The notes below the pieces were generated by a model. The model was not told the DNA's origin. It saw nothing but the letters and a program-made list of their open reading frames with translations, and did not search any database. Both the position numbers and the translations under genes were made by a program. Shown here in pieces: positions 43,524-59,708 of a stretch of DNA of 64,000 nt. Source of the DNA: the human T2T-CHM13v2.0 reference genome, Homo sapiens; NCBI RefSeq assembly GCF_009914755.1, contig NC_060926.1; one strand, given 5' to 3'. Numbering within the stretch: the first letter of the stretch is position 1; every line of letters starts with the position of its first letter.

Positions 43524-44233
43524 TGTGATGGTTAATACTGAGTGTCAACTTGATTGGATTAAAGCTTACAAAGTATTGATCCTGGGTGTGTCTGTGAGGG
43601 TGTTGTCAAAGGGGATTAACATTTGAGTCAGTGGGCTGGGAAAGGCAGATCCATCCTTAAACTGGGTGGGCACAATCTAATCAGCTGCCAGTTTGCTAGA
43701 ATACAAGCAGGCAGGAAAATGTAAAAAGAGAAACTGGCCTAGCCTCCCAGCCTACATCTTTCTCCCATGCTGCATGCTTCCTGCCCTTAAACATTGGACT
43801 CCAAATTCTTCAGTTTTGGAACTCGGACTGGCTCCACTTGCACCTCAGCCTGCAGTTGGCCTATTGTGGGACCTTGTGATCGTGTAAATAAATCGTGTAA
43901 ATAAATACTTAATAAACTCCCCTTTGTATGTATATGAGATGGTGTATTAGGGTTCTCTAGAGGGACAGAACTAATGGAATATATTTATATAAATATATAT
44001 AAATATATAATTTTATATATTTATATATATTATAATTTTATAATTATATATATATATAATTTTTTTTCTAGCGCAGGATACTCCTTGCCATATCTGAAAG
44101 AAGAGGGTGCTGTCAGAGAGCTACTAATCTCTGACTAGTGGACCCCCTTGATAGAAAAGCAGGCTTTGATTTGGGGGTACTATATATATATGTTCCACTA
44201 GTTCTGTCCCTCTAGAGAACCCTGACTAATACA
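43524..44233 (+). mobile_element. MLT2A-type ERVL solo LTR with a complex internal insertion
   Basis: 'tgtgatggttaatactgagtgtcaacttgattgg' start and 'gttctgtccctctagagaaccctgactaataca' end; TSD ccatc/ccacc. Confidence 0.9.
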
Positions 44234-44872
44234 CCACCTCATCAGAAAAGTAAGTATTGGAAAGCTGTCAAGCCCATAGTAACTGATACAAGTTTTCCAA
44301 ATTCTTAATTTTCACTTAAAAGTTTGAATTTTATCAGTAGCAACAAAACCTTTAGTTTTTCTTGAAATGATGGGCTTACTTTATTCACTTTCAAAGAAAT
44401 ATCTGCCAAAAACCTAAGTTTGAATAACCATCGTCAGTTTTTCGGCCGAGTAAAGGTAGTTCTCCATTAAACTACCATCTTTTCTTGTCTCCATTAAAGA
44501 CAAGAAAAGAAAAAGGCTTGTTCAGTTTGCAACTCAAACAATGGTACAAGTGCTTTCCCTTGAGCCAACCGTAGTCTGGGGGACATAGTAGAAGTGCAAG
44601 GTAAGTATCTCCCATTTTATTACATAGAATATTTTTTTTTTACAGATGAATTATTTTTGTTTATTATTATACTTTAAGTGTTAGGGTACACGTGCACAAC
44701 GTGCAGGTTTGTTACACATGTATACATGTGCCATGTTGGTGTGCCGCACCCATCAACTCGTTATTTAGCATTAGGTATATCTCTCCTAATGCTATCCCTG
44801 CCCCCTCTCCCCACCCCACAACAGTCCCTGGTGTGTGATGTTCCTCTTCCTGTGTCCATGTGTTCTCATTGT

Positions 44873-48704
<3,832 letters not shown>

Positions 48705-48766
48705 TATGATGTTAGCTGGTTATCAACTCGTTAGTTGATGCAGTTTCTTCCTAGCCTTGATGGTCT

Positions 48767-49789
48767 TTACAATTTGGCATGTTTTTGCAGTGGCTGGTAC
48801 CGGTTGTTCCTTTCCATGTTTAGTGCTTCCTTCAGGAGCTCCTTTAGGGCAGGCCTGGTGGTGACAAAATCTCTTAGCATTTGCTTGTCTGTGAAGGATT
48901 TTATTTCTCCTTCACTTATGAAGCTTAGTTTGGCTGGATATGAAATTCTGGGTTAAAAATTCTTTTCTTTAAGAATGTTGAATATTGGCCCCCACTCTCT
49001 TCTGGCTTGTGGAGTTTCTGCCGAGAGATCAGCTGTTAGTCCAATGGGCTTCCCTTTGTGGGTAACCTGACATTTCTCTCTGGCTGCCCTTAACATTTTT
49101 TCCTTCATTTCAACTTTGGTGAATCTGACAATTATGTGTCTTGGAGTTGCTATTCTCGAGGAGTATCTTTGTGGCATTCTCTGTATTTCCTGAATTTGAA
49201 TGTTGGCCTGCCTTGCTAGATTGGGGAAGTTCTCCTGGATAATATCCTGCAGAGTGTTTTCCAACTTGGTTCCATTCTCCCCATCACTTTCAGGTACACC
49301 AATCAGACGTAGATTTTGTCTTTTCACATAGTCCCACTTTGTTCATTTCTTTTTATTTTTGTTCATTTCTTTTTATTTTTTTTCTCTAAACTTCTCTTCT
49401 GACTTCATTGCATTCATTTCATCTTCCATCGCTGATACCCTTTCTTCCAGTTGATTGCATCGGTTACTGAGGCTTGTGCATTCATCACGTAGTTCTCATG
49501 TGGTGGTTTTCAGTTCCATCAGGTCCTTTAAGGACTTCTCTGCGTTGGTTATTCTAGTTATCCATTTGTCTAATTTTTTTTCAAAGTTTTTAACTTCTTT
49601 GCCATTGGTTCGAACTTCCTCCTTTAGCTCAGAGTAGTTTGATCTTCTGAAGCCTTCTTCTCTCAACTCATCAAAGCCGTTCTCCATCCAGCTTTGTTCC
49701 ATTGCTGGTGAGGAGCTGCGTTCCTTTGGAAGAGGAGAGGTGCTCTGATTTTTAGAGTTTCCAGTTTTTCTGCTCTGTTTTTTCTGCAT
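48767..49789 (-). pseudogene. L1 ORF1p remnant
   Basis: MQKKQSRKTGNSKNQS...; KRQNLRLIGVPESDGENG...; disrupted by indels and a stop near 48954. Confidence 0.9.
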
Positions 49790-50887
49790 CTTTGTGGTTT
49801 TATCTACATTTGGTCTTTGATGATGGTGACGTGCAGATGGGTTTTTGGTGTGGATGTCCTTTCTGTTTGTTAGTTTTCCTTCTAACAGTCAGGACCCTCA
49901 GCTGCAGGTCTGTTGGAGTTTACTGGAGGTCCACTCCAGAACCTGTTTGCCTGGGTATCAGCAGCCATGGCTACGGAACAGCAGATATTGGTGAACCACA
50001 AATGCTGCTGCCTGATCATTCCTCTGGAAGTTTTGTCTCAGAGGAGTACCTGGCTGTGTGAGGTGTCAGTCCTCCCCTATGGGGGGGTGCCTCCCAGTTA
50101 GGCTACTCGGGGGTCAGGGACCCACTTGAGGAGGCAGTCTGTTCATTCTGAGATCTCAAGCTGTGTGCTGGGAGAACCACTACTCTCTTCAAAGCTGTCA
50201 GACAGAGACATTTAAGTCTGCAGAGGTTATTGCTGTCTTTTGTTTGTCTGTACCCTGCCCCCAGAGGTGGAGCCTATAGAGGCAGGCAGGCCTCCTTGAG
50301 CTGTGGTGGGCTCCACTCAGTTCGAGCTTCCCAGCTCTGTTTACCTACTCAAGCCTGGGCAATGGTGGGTGCACTTCCCCCAGCCTCACTGCCGCCTTGC
50401 AGTTTGATCTCAGACTGCTATGCTAGCAATGAATGAGGCTCCGTGGGCATAGGACCCTCCGAGTCCTGTGCGGGATATAATCTCCTGGTGTGCCGTTTGT
50501 TAGGCCCATTGGAAAAGCGCAGTATTAGGGTGGGAGTTACCCAATTTTCCAAGTGCCGTCTGTCACCCCTTTCTTTGACTAGGAAAGGGAATTCCCTGAC
50601 CCCTTGCGCTTCCCTGGTGAGGTGATGCCGCACCCTGCTTTGGCTCATGCATGGTGAGCTGTACCCACTGTCCCGCACCCACTGCCTGGCACTCCCCGGT
50701 GAGATGAACCCAGTACCTCAGTTGGAAATGCAGAAATCACCCGTCTTCTGCGTCGCTCACGCTGGGAGCTGTAGACTGGAGCTGTTCCTATTTGGCCATC
50801 TTGGCTCCACCCCCTATCACATAGACTATTAAAAAGATTGGCTTCAATAAAATTGATAACTTTTATGGTTTCATCAAGAACATTGTT

Positions 50888-51092
50888 TTTTAAAATAATA
50901 TATTCTATTTAACCCAGTATTTTCAAAATATTTCAACATATAATCAATAGTCATTGTTTATGAGATATTTGACATTCTTTTCTTGTATTGTCTTTGAAAT
51001 CTGTTATTCATTTCGCTCTCATAGCACTCCTAAATTCAGACTAGAAAAAGTGTACAACAGCCACATAGGACTACTGTATTAGATAGCCCAGA
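50888..51092. mobile_element. MER33/MER3-like hAT MITE
   Basis: 'taatatattctatttaacccagtattttcaaaatatttcaacatataatcaat...ctactgtattagatagc'. Confidence 0.6.
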
Positions 51093-52228
51093 AAATAGGG
51101 CTTTTCAAGAACATTCTTAATTCAAGCTACCTTTTTTTAAAAAAAATTCCTGCGAATGTGTGGAGGTGAAGAATTCAACTGTCCTGTACATCACTGATAC
51201 AAATGTCAGGACAGAGCAAGGTAAATACTGTCTTGGTATTAGTATGAATATCAGTCTTGACCTCCTGGATCTCCTGAAAGGGTCTTGGGGACCCTAGAGC
51301 CCCATAGACCACACTTTAGGAATTGCTGGGCTAGAATTAAGTAGGATTAGACTTTAGCATCTTGGCTTTGGTGTTTTGCTTCCTATGTGAATGAAACACA
51401 ATCTGGAACTGCATATTTCAAGAATAATGTACACATGAATTCATTTTGGACACATCTAAATCTGAGTTATGTCCGTGACCCTGTAGAAAAAAAAAAAAAT
51501 GAACCAGGCCACTTCCAGAGAGCAGCCTCTGAGGGTTAATTTCAAAGACAAGTTTGTTTTATGGCATCTCTGCCCATGCCGTCGAGGGGAAACACCATGG
51601 AGCTGGCCGAGTGGTTCAGGAAACAATTAGGAACATTGCTGAGGCTTCCACATCAAAGCAGATAGTAGGACAAATGTCTGTCAGCACTATTGCCAGTGAG
51701 ATCAGCCGATAGCTGGAGGGTCAGTGGGAGGTGTCCTCTGAGGGAAATGTGGCCAGGTGTTTGGGGCAGGGTGGTTGCAGTTGGCTAAGAGCTGGGTGAC
51801 GGGGGAACCTGGGTCCCTTCTGATCAACAGCAGAACCAGCCTCTCTTCCCTCTGGCCACTTGGAGTCCTAGCCTCAGTTTTCATGAGAATCTCACACAGG
51901 GCAGATTGTGGTGGCTGCCTGGACTGCATTTGTCCAGGGCTTCGTATTTCTAGGTTACTTCCCATTTGTTATCCAGTTGAATTTTTCACCCAATTGTGAC
52001 AGCTAAGCAAGACAGACTTTATTCTCGTTTGCCAGGAAATAGAGGCTTGGAAGGGAAGAACATTTCCCCAAGGCCACATAGCGTGGGTCTTGTAGTAACT
52101 TGTCCAAGGACACAGACAGCAGTGGGTATGGATCTGCAGTGTAGACTCTTCCAGATTTCAGGTCTCCAAAGTCTCTCTCCACTGTACCAGGTGTGTGTGC
52201 TCTGAGGGTTCCTTAGGCCAGGATTGCA

Positions 52229-52231
<3 letters not shown>

Positions 52232-52289
<58 letters not shown>
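52232..52289. repeat. (GT)n(GA)n compound microsatellite
   Basis: Directly visible. Confidence 0.95.
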
Positions 52290-52290
<1 letters not shown>

Positions 52291-53264
52291 GAGACAGAAG
52301 AGTGCTACCCTTTTAGTTCTGCACAGAAAGACTTTCTCTGGGGCTCTGGAGGGCTTTCTAGCTCAGGATACTCCTTGCCATACCTGAAAGGAGAGGGTGC
52401 AGTCAGAGAGCTACTAATCTCTGACCAGTGGGCTCCTTAGACAGAAAAGCAGGCTTTGATTTGGGGGTGCTATCTATAGGTGCAGCGGTCTAACCTGGGT
52501 TTCCTGCTGGATTTCAGAAGAGTGATATGACAGCTCAGAGGACACACGGCCTCCTGCTATCCCCCCACCCCACCTCCCACCCTAGTGACACAGGCTAGTG
52601 TGAAGTATCTGTAGTTGCTGATCTCAGCCTTGTCCCTGTCAAAGTTTCAGAAAAGTCCCAATGTCTAGAAGCTTCGTAATTATAACTTGCCTCATTATAT
52701 TTTATTAGGTGTCCAGGTCTTACACTGCTCCCTCTGGACACCAGAAGGTAATTCTACCATTTTTCCCAGGGGAAGGTGTCTGAGTGACAGAGAAAACAAG
52801 CTCTTATCCCCACTGTGTCCCCTAGCAGCCTCTGCCTCCGGCTCTTGTCCCGCTCTGCTCTCACTCAGAGCAGCCTGTCTCACCACCCAATTGGCTTAGC
52901 TCATCCATTAAACTCTGTTTGAAGTTTTATTTCCCTCTATTCTTGCTATCTCAATGGGCAATCGCTCCCAGGACATTTTGTAACAAAGAGCATTTTCTGT
53001 TCCATGAGAACACAGACCCCTGGCCTGCAGCCTGGTTGTATTTGAGAGCCTAGTCCATCCCTTCCCCCAACCTGAACCCCATTCTTTCTCCCTTCCTGTA
53101 ATTTAAAAAAATAGTATTCTTACTTCTGAGGGCCTCAAGTGTATAGAATGAGGCCCCGTAACACTAACATCAAGACTTGTCTTTTGTTTTGCTTTATTTT
53201 GTCCCCATCTCTGTCCCATTCTCTCTCTCCATAGGAACCCATTTCTAAGGTCCTACATCAACAC

Positions 53265-53682
53265 CTTTGAGCCTCACAGGCCCCTGAGGCTTAGTTGTGA
53301 GTTCCCCTGCTCTTGCCAAATATGCTCCCACCCAGCAAGAAAGGCTCCCCACCTAGCTAAATCCCCTATCAATTGTGCCAGCTGCGCCCCACCCAATCCC
53401 CAGCCCAAGGGGTTTCACCTCCCTGCCAACCCAGGAAATTATTCAAACAAGCCAACCACATCCTTCCAGGTAACTAGGGTGCACCCCTGCCTCCTGTTAC
53501 TACAGAGCTGCCCCTTCTAGGTCACTCAGCTCCCAAGTGCAACCCCCATGTGGCCCTGCATGGTGTGCCATGTCCTCCTTCCCCGGCTGTGAATGTACGT
53601 GACTAAGCTGCTGTCAGTATCACCTATCCGATGTTGGGAATCCCTCCTTCACCAAGGGCCTGAATAGTAGGTGATCAGAGCA
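53265..53682 (+). mobile_element. ERVL-class LTR (MER54/MER74-like); family uncertain
   Basis: 'gaaattattcaaacaagccaaccacatcc', 'ccaagtgcaacccccatgtggccctgcatggtgtg'. Confidence 0.45.
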
Positions 53683-53879
53683 CTACTCTAGGGTGCTAAT
53701 GCATGCAATTCCAGACCATCTTCCATACTTTCTTTAGACATCTGTGTAGCCATTTAAAATACATCGTGTGCCTGCACCTTGCACGAAGTTCTGTGCTCTA
53801 CATCTCACTGTCGCTTATCTGAGCGCTGCTCTCAGGGCTGCATCCACATTCCTTTGTCACCCACTGTTCCTGGATGTGC

Positions 53880-54085
53880 CAGTGGCTTTTACTGTGTGCT
53901 CCTAGAAGTCTTTGAGGGCTCTCTCTGGTGGTAAGAGAAAGGCAGGCTGGAAGTGGAGGGCAATGAATGCCCTGGGAGCAGCCCTCAATCAACATGGTGA
54001 GAATACCCAGCTCTCCAACAGCGCTTCCAGAGATCACTGCCTGAGCAAATGAGTTGCACTCAAATCCTTGCCTTGCGTTCTGATC
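53880..54085 (+). mobile_element. LTR16-like fragment
   Basis: 'gggagcagccctcaatcaa', 'ttgcactcaaatccttg'. Confidence 0.4.
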
Positions 54086-54309
54086 TTGAGTTCTCTTGTG
54101 CTTGAGAACTCCACGTGTTGCTCTATGCAGACACATTTTCAGCATGTCTTACTGTCACATGGAATCCCAACATGTGCTCATCACTACATGCAACACACCC
54201 ATATCCCTGGCAACGGATGCCGAGATTGCCCATGGCCTGTCTGCTATCAGACACAATGCTGGGCCAGCCATGCTTGGCCACCTCTCCTTGTGGGTGGGTG
54301 AGGGAGGTG

Positions 54310-54870
54310 AGCTAGGCTCTCTGGGGCATACCCCCAGCTGTGGGATTGCTGGGGTTTAGAGAGTATGCACACTTCATCTCACTAGGTGTTGTCAGACTTC
54401 TCTCTAAAGGGCCTGCACCAGCCTATTCTCCCACCAGCAATGTGTGAGTATTGACTCCCTCTGGTTCGCAGGCTGGGTTCTCCAGAGACACTGAGAGGGT
54501 GGTTGGTGAACAAAAAGCTGATTATAAGGGGTCAGCACCTATGAGGAAAAGCGGGAGGAAGTGAGACTGAGTAGTGGAAGAAGTTGAACTAGGAAGTGGG
54601 CACGGCAAAGCCTTGCTGACCCTGTGGAGCCCTGGAGTGAGTACTGCTGAGACGGCCAGGCTGTCATAGTCCATCTTTCCTCTGCTGCTGGGGCTGACCC
54701 ACAGCGAGACTGTTTGCTGACTGCATGCCTTGTGCTCCCTTCTTTGAATGGGCATCTGGGGGATATCTCCCTGCCAATCTGACCTGTGAAGTGGGAACTC
54801 ATTGTTATTTTCATTTGCATTTCCCCAATCATGGGTGAGCTTCAACATCTCTTTATGTGCTCATTAGTAA
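54310..54870 (-). mobile_element. L1M fragment interrupted by an old MLT1 fragment (about 54455-54785)
   Basis: 'tctcccaccagcaatgtgtgag' and 'ctcattgttattttcatttgcatttccc' flank an MLT1-like block. Confidence 0.5.
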
Positions 54871-55559
54871 AGCTGATATTCAGCCAGCAGGAGCCAGTTG
54901 TTGAAATAGCCTCTGTCTGAGCCCCCAAATGCTCCTCCGCACTGGCTTCCCCAACGCAGCCCCTCCACTGGGACCCCTGCCCTGGGCCTCCCCATAATCC
55001 AGTATTCACAGGGGTGCCTGACCCTGAGGGGCACTCCCATGACCCTGCAACAGTGCTGCAGCCTGAGCCTGTTTGGATTAGTCAGCGTCTGTGCCATATC
55101 TGCTGTGAACTACTCAGAAAATCACAGGGAGTATTAGCTACTGATGCTTCCTCTCTGTGAATTGCCTATTTATGACTTGTTCCCGTCTTTGTATGGGGTG
55201 TCAAAGGCTCACTCTCAAATCACCCAGAAGGATGCTGTTTCAGGTTTCTGGATCTTGTTAAAGGTGGGTGTGGAGTGGGGAGGGAGGGGAAGTGAGGGCT
55301 GGGGAGGAAGGTCCCTAGGCTTGCATCCTACGAGAATCAGCAGGTCTTCTGGCTACAGACCAAGCAGATTCAAGGCCTAGAAGGTTGGACTGAGGATACT
55401 GGGTTCCTCAGGCGCAGGAGAGCTGGAGCCTGCTCCTGGGGAGGCTGGGAGCCTGGGCAATCAGTGCAATTCCTCAGAATTGCTCCTGCACACCTCCTGT
55501 GCAATGTTCCTGGCATGTGGGGAGGTGCCCTGCACTGCCTCCACCCAGGCCCAAGACAC

Positions 55560-56350
55560 CTGCCTCCATTACTCTAGCAGGGTCCCACTAGCCTCTCTGC
55601 CAGCTCCAGGATCTCTCACAAATGCCCTTATTTACACTGAATCACCAGTAGCCGTCATTTCTAAAATCCAAATCTGAACACATCCCTTGAATTTTTAAAG
55701 CCTTTCAAAACTTCTCCTTTATCTATAGCATAAGATCCCTTGGCCCAGCACACAAGATCCTCCCTAATCTGGCTCCAAAACTCTCATCCCTGCCCCATCT
55801 CCTGTGCCCCACCCATCTCTCTCTGCCTCTCCATCTGCAAATAGCTCTAGTGCTCTGCACCCTGTGCCTTTGCTAATAGGCTTCCTTCTGCCTTGAATGC
55901 CTCCCCATCCTTCCCTCCTGGACAGTTCTGGCTCTTGGGTCCACGTCACCTTCTCTGTGAGGTTTCCCTGACTCCTAGTGGTCAAAATGAGTGGCCTTCT
56001 CCACAGGGCTTTCCCATGGTGTGAGTCCTGCGATCAAAGTTAAATAATTAACCAGGTGAAGAAAAAGAAGAACAAAGAAGTGTATTCTGGGAAGAGGGAA
56101 CAGCAAGAGCAAAACCTGGGGTAGGAGAGAACATGGAAGATTTGTGCCCCAGCAGGTGGTAGCTCAGCAGGGCTGAATGGTAAAGTGTGTGAGTCGTGGA
56201 TGTGTTAGGGGACCAGGTAGGAGCAGCCAGAAATGAAATCCAAGAGAGGCAGAAGCCGTGTGGTGGAAGTGTGACTTCCCTGCTGGTGATGGGGCACCAC
56301 AGAGTGAGTTATACAGGAAGAAGCCTGGCCAGCTTGTGACTGGGTTCATG
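55560..56350. mobile_element. L2 fragments
   Basis: 'ctaaaatccaaatctgaaca', 'ccttctgccttgaatgcc', 'tgggaagagggaacagcaagagcaaaacctgg'. Confidence 0.55.
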
Positions 56351-57168
56351 TGCCTCCTATAGGGCTGGCCCTGCTCAGCAGATTACATAGCTGGAGCTTT
56401 TCCCAGAATCCTCCGACACGATGAGCTCCCACTGACACTGGGCACAGGCACTGGCCTTCCTCAGCTCCTGGAAACTTGCTGCTTTGTGAGTAGTTTTATT
56501 CCAAGAGTCCCGAGACTTCTGGTCCAAGGATAGCTGAACGCAGGTAAACTCTGGACTCACTCCTGAGGCTTCGGCTCCTATTAAAGTTGCCCCCTCGTCT
56601 TAGTGGGATATTTCTGAGAGGCAGCCAGTGGACCTGGAGACGCTCCAGCTTCACTGTTGGCTTCACTGTGGCTGGAGGGCTCCATGCCATTTGTGTTTTT
56701 GACCAGATGGACTGTTTGCTTCAAACAGCTTCCAGAACTCAGGCTCCAACCAAGAGGATGTGGCTGCCATTAGGATGGAAGTAAAGGACAGTGCCCCAGC
56801 CTGAGCCCAAAGACCCCCCCGCCCCGGGGAAGAGCTTGTGCTGTGGGGGCCCCACAGAAGCCTGTGTTTTCATTACGAAGCAACTTTAGGAGGAGTGGGT
56901 TTGGGGGGAAAAAGACGGTGGGGTAATAAGTCTGCAATAATGGATGCCATGTGGAGGGAAGGCAGAGTTACCCAGTGAAGGAATAGAAAACATGGTTTAT
57001 ATTTTCAACAGTTGGAGAAAGAAATGAAAACTGAATATTTGCTGCACCTGTGAAAACATATTTGATCATGACGGCAAGCCCAGCATTCTTAGTGTGGGAT
57101 TCATATTTCATAACTCGTGTTCAAACAAGAAAAATGATTATAATGTTAAGTATTTCCTGAGTTTATTT

Positions 57169-57181
57169 TGATGGATGACAG
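57169..57181 (+). promoter_or_regulatory. Candidate PBX-HOX site overlapping a MEIS site
   Basis: TGATGGATGACAG = TGATNNATKR plus TGACAG in an AT-rich non-repeat block; motif match only. Confidence 0.3.
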
Positions 57182-58582
57182 AATAAGTACTGTATCTTTC
57201 ACTCATTAAAATACAGATTGGTGTAATTTAATAAATGAACTTAATACACAGATGTTCCAGGCTGTTTTAGCAGGGTGTATATTAATCAACTTCTTTATAT
57301 ATGATCCTCTTTTATATTTTTGAAGAAACTTGCAGGAGCCAAGAATTTATTAGATTTGCATGCTGTAGGACGAGTATCAGATATCAGGTACATGCAGGAG
57401 TGTATTAAGATGAAACAGAGCCAGATCCACTGAGCAGCCCGGCCCCCACAAGGGTTGTCCCTGGGCTCCTGGCTGGCTCTCTGCGTTGTCTCAAAGAGGT
57501 CTCGGTTCCCTGCTGAACTCGCCTGCTGCCACTGCCTCGGGGCCACTCAGAGGTGCCTCTGAAGACCTGGGTGGGAATGGTGGCCTTGTATACTTTGGTG
57601 GCCCAGGTTGGGCAGTGGCCCTGTCATGGGTAGAAGCCTGCAGCCCAGCAGGGGCCTCAACGGCCCTTCTCAGGTTTTCTGGCCTCTCCCGAAAGCCTCT
57701 CAACCCAATGTTGCTGTCCCTTTTCTCATTCCCTCTCGGCAGCACATTCAGGGCTGATGCTTTGTTCAGTCTGAGCTTGTTTGGCAGGAGGGAAGCTTGT
57801 CTTGCTAACGAGAATACAAACTCCTGAAGGTAGGGGCTGTGCCTTCCTCATCTCCCACAGTCCCTGCTCCATGAATGTGGCTGATTTGTCCCCTGTCCTG
57901 AATCCATCAGAGAGCCAAGCCCAGTCTCCTGCTGGACCTGGCTTTGGAAGGGGAAACAGAGAGCTCGGCTTGGGCATCCTGGAGGGTTCTGGCTAGGAGT
58001 GGTCGGCAGGGTGAGGACGTTGTGCTAACTTAGCTCTCTGGCTGCGGACTGGCCCTGTGGAGAAGAAAGAAAGCACCAGAATGAGAACTTGACTTCAGCC
58101 ACCCTCTCCTCTCCTTTGCAGATCCCGTTGAAAAGCGATATGGGGTCCTAGGAAAGTCTGTCTCTGGCTGGCAGTGGTTGTGTGGAGGGCTGGGGGAATG
58201 TCTTAGGCCAGATAACACATTTCTTGCAGCTGCTGTGTCCATGCAGAGCACACAGTTTTCTCTCAGAGCACCTTGCACACTCCTCGTAGTTCCAAAACTG
58301 CAGTTATCCTACCCGATGCACGCACTGGATAGGGACCCCTCCCAGGCCATCTCACCCATTTCTGCACCTCACTCCTTATTAGTGTTTGACCCAGGCCCCC
58401 ACGCCCTCCTATCGTCGCCTGGGTAGATCATGCAGGTTGGCTGGTACGGCTTTTGTGAGATGAGCTGCAGCCCAGAACACAGACGCTGGCATCCCTCTGC
58501 CCCCTCCAAGGATGGGTGACCCCCAGCAGCTGCTGCTTGAGCTGCCCCTTTTTCCCTGCAGCCCCCTGCACACCTCGGTGGC

Positions 58583-58673
58583 TCATCAATCACATGGGCA
58601 GGTCCTGCGGGTGGGTAGTGGCTCTGCTGTCACATGCCTGTTTGCAATAAGCTCCGGTCATAATCATTAATCA
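58583..58673 (-). promoter_or_regulatory. Candidate PBX-HOX/MEIS motif cluster
   Basis: Minus strand TGATTGATGA (58583-92), TGACAG (58627-32) and TGATTAATGA (58664-73); motif match only. Confidence 0.35.
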
Positions 58674-59666
58674 TTCATTGAGGCTGTGGTTAGCGGCTCT
58701 TAGTCAAGGGGATGGTTTCAGGTTTTCCAGGCTAAGTGCCCCTCCAGCAAGCATCCTCCTCAGCCCTTTCATGTCCAGTCATGTGATGTTCTGGGCACAC
58801 TGAGCTGGCCACCAAGGCCGGGCTTTGTTCTGTAGGGTTGCTCTGAATGTTTCCCTCAGTGCGGGTGGAAGAGTTCTGCGCCCCAGCTCCAGTTCAATTG
58901 GGTTCAACAAACATTCAAATATTTCCTGAGCACCTCCTAGATGCTAGGACCTCTGCCATTGGGAAAGGAAATGTCCTGAAATTGCAGAAAGGAGAGTTAG
59001 AGCACGCTATACGCAGGGCTATGCCCAGCTCAGCGAGGGTCTTGCCTGGCTTCAAGGATAGGGATTCCAGTGTCTGAAGCTATAAGAGTTAGGGCAGGGG
59101 CTGAGAGTCTGAGTGCAGAGCTTGTTGGCCTGTTAACTGGATTGTGAAGATGGCCTGAAGATGTTACTGAGGCTGAGGCCGCAGACTCTATTTCAGTATC
59201 TTTCCTCAAGAATTTTTCTTGCCAAGACAACACATTCACTCTGTGATCATCCAATCATCCAGTCATCCACTGAGGCTTTACTTTGATCTACTATTAGAAC
59301 TCTGGGTCTTCAAAGGCAAGAGATCTCATCTGGTTGAGGGAATCAGGTGTGGAAGGCTATGGATAAGAGGTGGGATTTGGCTGGGCTGGGACCTCAGCAA
59401 AGACTTCCCTAGGCAGAAGTGGGCAAGGGAAGGCTCTCCAGGTGGACAGGGCAGTGGGAACAAAGGCATAGAGGACAGTCTGAGTCACTGGTGGCCAGGG
59501 TCTTTGTGCCAGGGCAGTGGAAAGTGAGGGTGGGAGACCAGGGCAGTGTGGAGGCCCAGAATATTGGGTTGAGTCTCTAGCACTGAGGACCCCGGCTGTC
59601 ACCACCCTGCCTGGCTGGTCCCTGTGTTCTCATCCACACCTCTCATCCCTGCCACATAAGATGGTT

Positions 59667-59697
<31 letters not shown>

Positions 59698-59708
59698 GTG
59701 TGTGTGTG
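59667..59708. repeat. (TG)n microsatellite
   Basis: Directly visible. Confidence 0.95.
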
